Position numbers and translations under genes: made by a program. A model generated the notes under the pieces. The model was not told the DNA's origin and made no database searches. It worked only from the letters and a program-made list of their open reading frames with translations. From Hormiphora californensis (Eukaryota > Animalia > Ctenophora), in contig CM035355.1 in NCBI GenBank assembly GCA_020137815.1, positions 1,798,001-1,862,000 of the forward strand: a stretch of 64,000 nucleotides of DNA, given 5' to 3'. This document shows positions 61,324 to 64,000 of the stretch, one piece after another; positions within the stretch are counted from its first letter, which is position 1; each line of letters opens with the position of its first letter.

Positions 61324-62556
61324 ATGACATTGATCGCGTTGAAAGAGTCTGAACAGGGTGGCTCAGAAGAGGCATCCCCCGATGGGGACACAGTGGCTGA
61401 CCTCCTGCCATCTCTGCCCAACAACGCCAATAACAACAAGGGAAACCAGAGACGAAGTAAGGATCATTATGATGCACACTTTTCATTTAGGCAGGAACAA
61501 AGGTCCAAAATGTCACAGTTTTTTCATATTCTATTAGCCAAGTTTATATTGATTCCTCTCCCAACCCTTTCAGATAGTGTGCTAAGACGTATTAGTATCG
61601 GTACTATTGGGTTCTTCCAACCTAAACCCCCGACAGAGGAAGATCCGATAATAACTTTGCGGGATGTCTCCCGGGCTAGGAATAGGATCCAGGACTATCT
61701 TCACCAAACCCAGATCATTCAGTCCAGCAATGTCAACTCTATGCTCAAGGTACATGATCAAGTGTATGATTCACCAGACCAATACCTCTTTTGACTTTTG
61801 TTGAGAGAGGTTCGAGCAAGTCAACAATCACTATCTCTACTTTCTGCAGGTAAAAGTGTTATTCAAGGCGGAGAATTTCCAGAAGAGTGGTAGTTATAAG
61901 GTCAGGGGTATTTTGAACCATATTTTGAACCAGCGGGAACAGAGGCTACAAAAGAGAACCAAGGGGAGGCGAAGCTCCCTACCCCAAACAGTATGTGTAT
62001 GGAAATTTAGAAGTAAATCTGAATGAATCACAGTGGGATCCAACTAAAAGGCCTAACTAATACTGCCTAACTAAACAGTAAACGGCCAACCACATTTCTA
62101 GAGAATCAGTTCATAAATTTTCCATATGTTTCAGTTTTCCGTTATGACATCTCAAGCTGGAGATTTTGCAGAAGCGGCCGCCTGTGCTGCCAGTATGGCG
62201 GGAGTTAGCTGTGCCAGCGTGGTACCCAAATCAACCTGTCGAGCAACGTTAGAGGTAATAACTTTGCGCAGGAGTAAGTTCCCGGGCTTACATAATATGG
62301 GCACAAGTCCCTTGAAATAATGATTATATACTCCCAGACCCGCCCCCACCTCCTAGCCAGCCCAGCTACCCCCTGACCAACCCCTACACAGCAATATTTC
62401 TTCAGATTCTCCATCACTACAAATCCCGTGTGATGGTCCACACTGAGAACTGTCCGGAGAGCGTCAGGGAGAAGGCAGAAGATGAGGCAGAGGAATCTGG
62501 ATACAAGATATTTCCCGAGTTTGATCCTACCATCATTGCTGGATACGGAACCCTAG
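61324..62556 (+). CDS. Serine racemase/threonine dehydratase-like PLP enzyme, 5' exons; continues beyond the window
   Basis: ITLRDVSRARNRIQDYLHQTQI; FKAENFQKSGSYKVRG (PLP lysine motif); ACAASMAGVSCASVVPK; FDPTIIAGYGTLG. Start codon uncertain (possible upstream exons at ~59790-60430). Confidence 0.8.
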
Positions 62557-62822
62557 GTAATGTTTGACACCTTTGAGATAGTAATCGGCCCTCATTACCC
62601 ATTCTAGAGTCTACATTGGGCTATAATGGGTGAAGAGACAGTGTGTAGACAGTATATCAATTAGCCACTAGATGCACATTGAATGATCACGTGGATTTAA
62701 GATTTTACAATTGGCTAAAGACTGGTTTTCTTACACCACTACGAAACCACAAATTACCTGAAATTACTTCAAATTAAAATTACTAAAAGATTTCCAAGCT
62801 CGTTCGTCGTTTCTCGGAATTC

Positions 62823-63944
62823 TTAGCACAATCCACAGGTCTTCCTGCACTCTGTCTTGTAGTTGGGGAAGAAATCACAGTAGAACTCCAAGCATCCCTC
62901 CTTACTATCAATACAGTTAGGGTCCTCAGTAGTGGTGGGAACAGGTGCAGCAGTGGTGGGCTCCACCTCTCCCTCATCAGTCCACTTTAGTGGATCCGCA
63001 ATGGGGTCCACATCTTGTTCACCAGTTGTAGTTAGCTGGGGTAGGAAGTTGTTATCCTTCAAGTGGATCCCACAAGCGTAGTCGTTCCTAGAGAACTTGA
63101 AGAGTCCATGATCACCCCAATCCCCTCCCCAGCTGTTCTTAATCAGGATGTATTGGGGAGTATAGGCTACAGCTGCTACAGCATGGTTAGCCGCCCCGTT
63201 ACACTTATCACTCCTGTAGATACCTGTCTTGTAGTAGTGGATGGATAGGACGGCGTGGAATGCCACTGATAGAGGCCCTGTTGAGAGTCTCTGAATAGTT
63301 CTATCCTCAGTCTCTACATCATTGGTAGTGTAGCCACTAACCACAGCAGCCACCAGTCCGTTATGCTTGCCAGCGCTCCTGCATCTCTTATCGACAGCCT
63401 CATAGGGATAATCCCTCCACAGGGCAAGACGTTTCCTTTTGATAATGAACTGGAAGGCTCTGTGTTCAGTTCCCCCGTGGCAGGCATTGTAGGTGTGAGC
63501 GTCATACACACAATCCAACAACTCTTGGTTGGAAAACTGTTTCAGTCTACCAGTGACACTCTTGTAGGCACCCTCCAGGGCTACAGTTGGTCCAAACGTC
63601 CAACAGGCTCCACAGCCCTCCTGGGATTTCACACTAGTCACGTGACCTTTAGAGATCCAAGAGGTAGCAGCAGGAGGGGCTGAGTAACTTGTGGTATCAG
63701 GGAAGGAAGATCCTAGTTGGGTGGCCGTCCTGTTTAGTCCATGGTACAGGTCCAGTTCAGCGGGGCTCATGTAGGAGAACATGTTAACCTCACTAGTGTA
63801 GGAGAGACCCAAGGAGTTCTGGTGAGCGACATACTGGGCACTGGCCGAGAAGAGCCTGGCTCGGAGGACCCGTTCAGAACGAGGGTAGGACTCCAGAAGG
63901 GACTCTGCTGAGCAGAGGGAGAGAAGCGAGAGGAGGAGGAACAT
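62823..63944 (-). CDS. Intronless secreted papain-family (C1A, cathepsin L-like) protease with C-terminal ShK-like domain, 373 aa
   Basis: Signal peptide; prodomain remnant VNMFSYMS; QEGCGACWTF (catalytic Cys), ANHAV (His), KNSWG (Asn); Thr/Pro linker then CIDSKEGCLEFYCDFFPNYKTECRKTCGLC. Confidence 0.92.
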   Translation of the reverse strand: MFLLLSLLSLCSAESLLESYPRSERVLRARLFSASAQYVAHQNSLGLSYTSEVNMFSYMSPAELDLYHGLNRTATQLGSSFPDTTSYSAPPAATSWISKGHVTSVKSQEGCGACWTFGPTVALEGAYKSVTGRLKQFSNQELLDCVYDAHTYNACHGGTEHRAFQFIIKRKRLALWRDYPYEAVDKRCRSAGKHNGLVAAVVSGYTTNDVETEDRTIQRLSTGPLSVAFHAVLSIHYYKTGIYRSDKCNGAANHAVAAVAYTPQYILIKNSWGGDWGDHGLFKFSRNDYACGIHLKDNNFLPQLTTTGEQDVDPIADPLKWTDEGEVEPTTAAPVPTTTEDPNCIDSKEGCLEFYCDFFPNYKTECRKTCGLC

Positions 63945-64000
63945 TTTGAGAGGTCCCAGCGTGACTGATGTGATTTTAAAAGAAGAAGAATTGAGTTGAC

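Overview
Gene-dense, short-intron animal DNA. It is most likely a ctenophore (Pleurobrachia/Hormiphora-like); this is inferred from gene compactness, nested genes, the divergent single-exon GPCR and the MITE style, and is not proven. Housekeeping genes recognised from protein motifs: BPTF-like (partial), IQCK, USP36, TECR, PRPF39, HID1 (3' part), a serine racemase/threonine dehydratase-like gene (partial) and an intronless papain-family protease with a C-terminal ShK domain. There is also a 4.7-kb 34-bp satellite and many MITEs. The dominant feature is a ~24.6-kb minus-strand gene (53931->29346, roughly 50 exons, about 3,500 aa by hand assembly) that I cannot assign to any known gene. It encodes a secreted, extremely basic polyprotein. 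In order: signal peptide, acidic pro-segment ending in LAKR, (GPP)n collagen-like segment, protamine-like Arg/Gly tract, a tectonin beta-propeller flanked by two small Cys modules, tandem galectin domains, about 4 copies of a Lys/Cys-rich ~200-aa module, a second internal acidic pro-segment (LAKR...ERR) with another Arg tract, about 12-13 copies of a Lys/Tyr/Cys ~88-aa module, and a C-terminal carbohydrate-binding-like domain. It is a candidate bioadhesive/secretory-granule (e.g. colloblast) or cationic defence precursor. It carries a nested antisense gene for a small Cys-rich secreted protein, and its 3' half has three reading-frame lesions.
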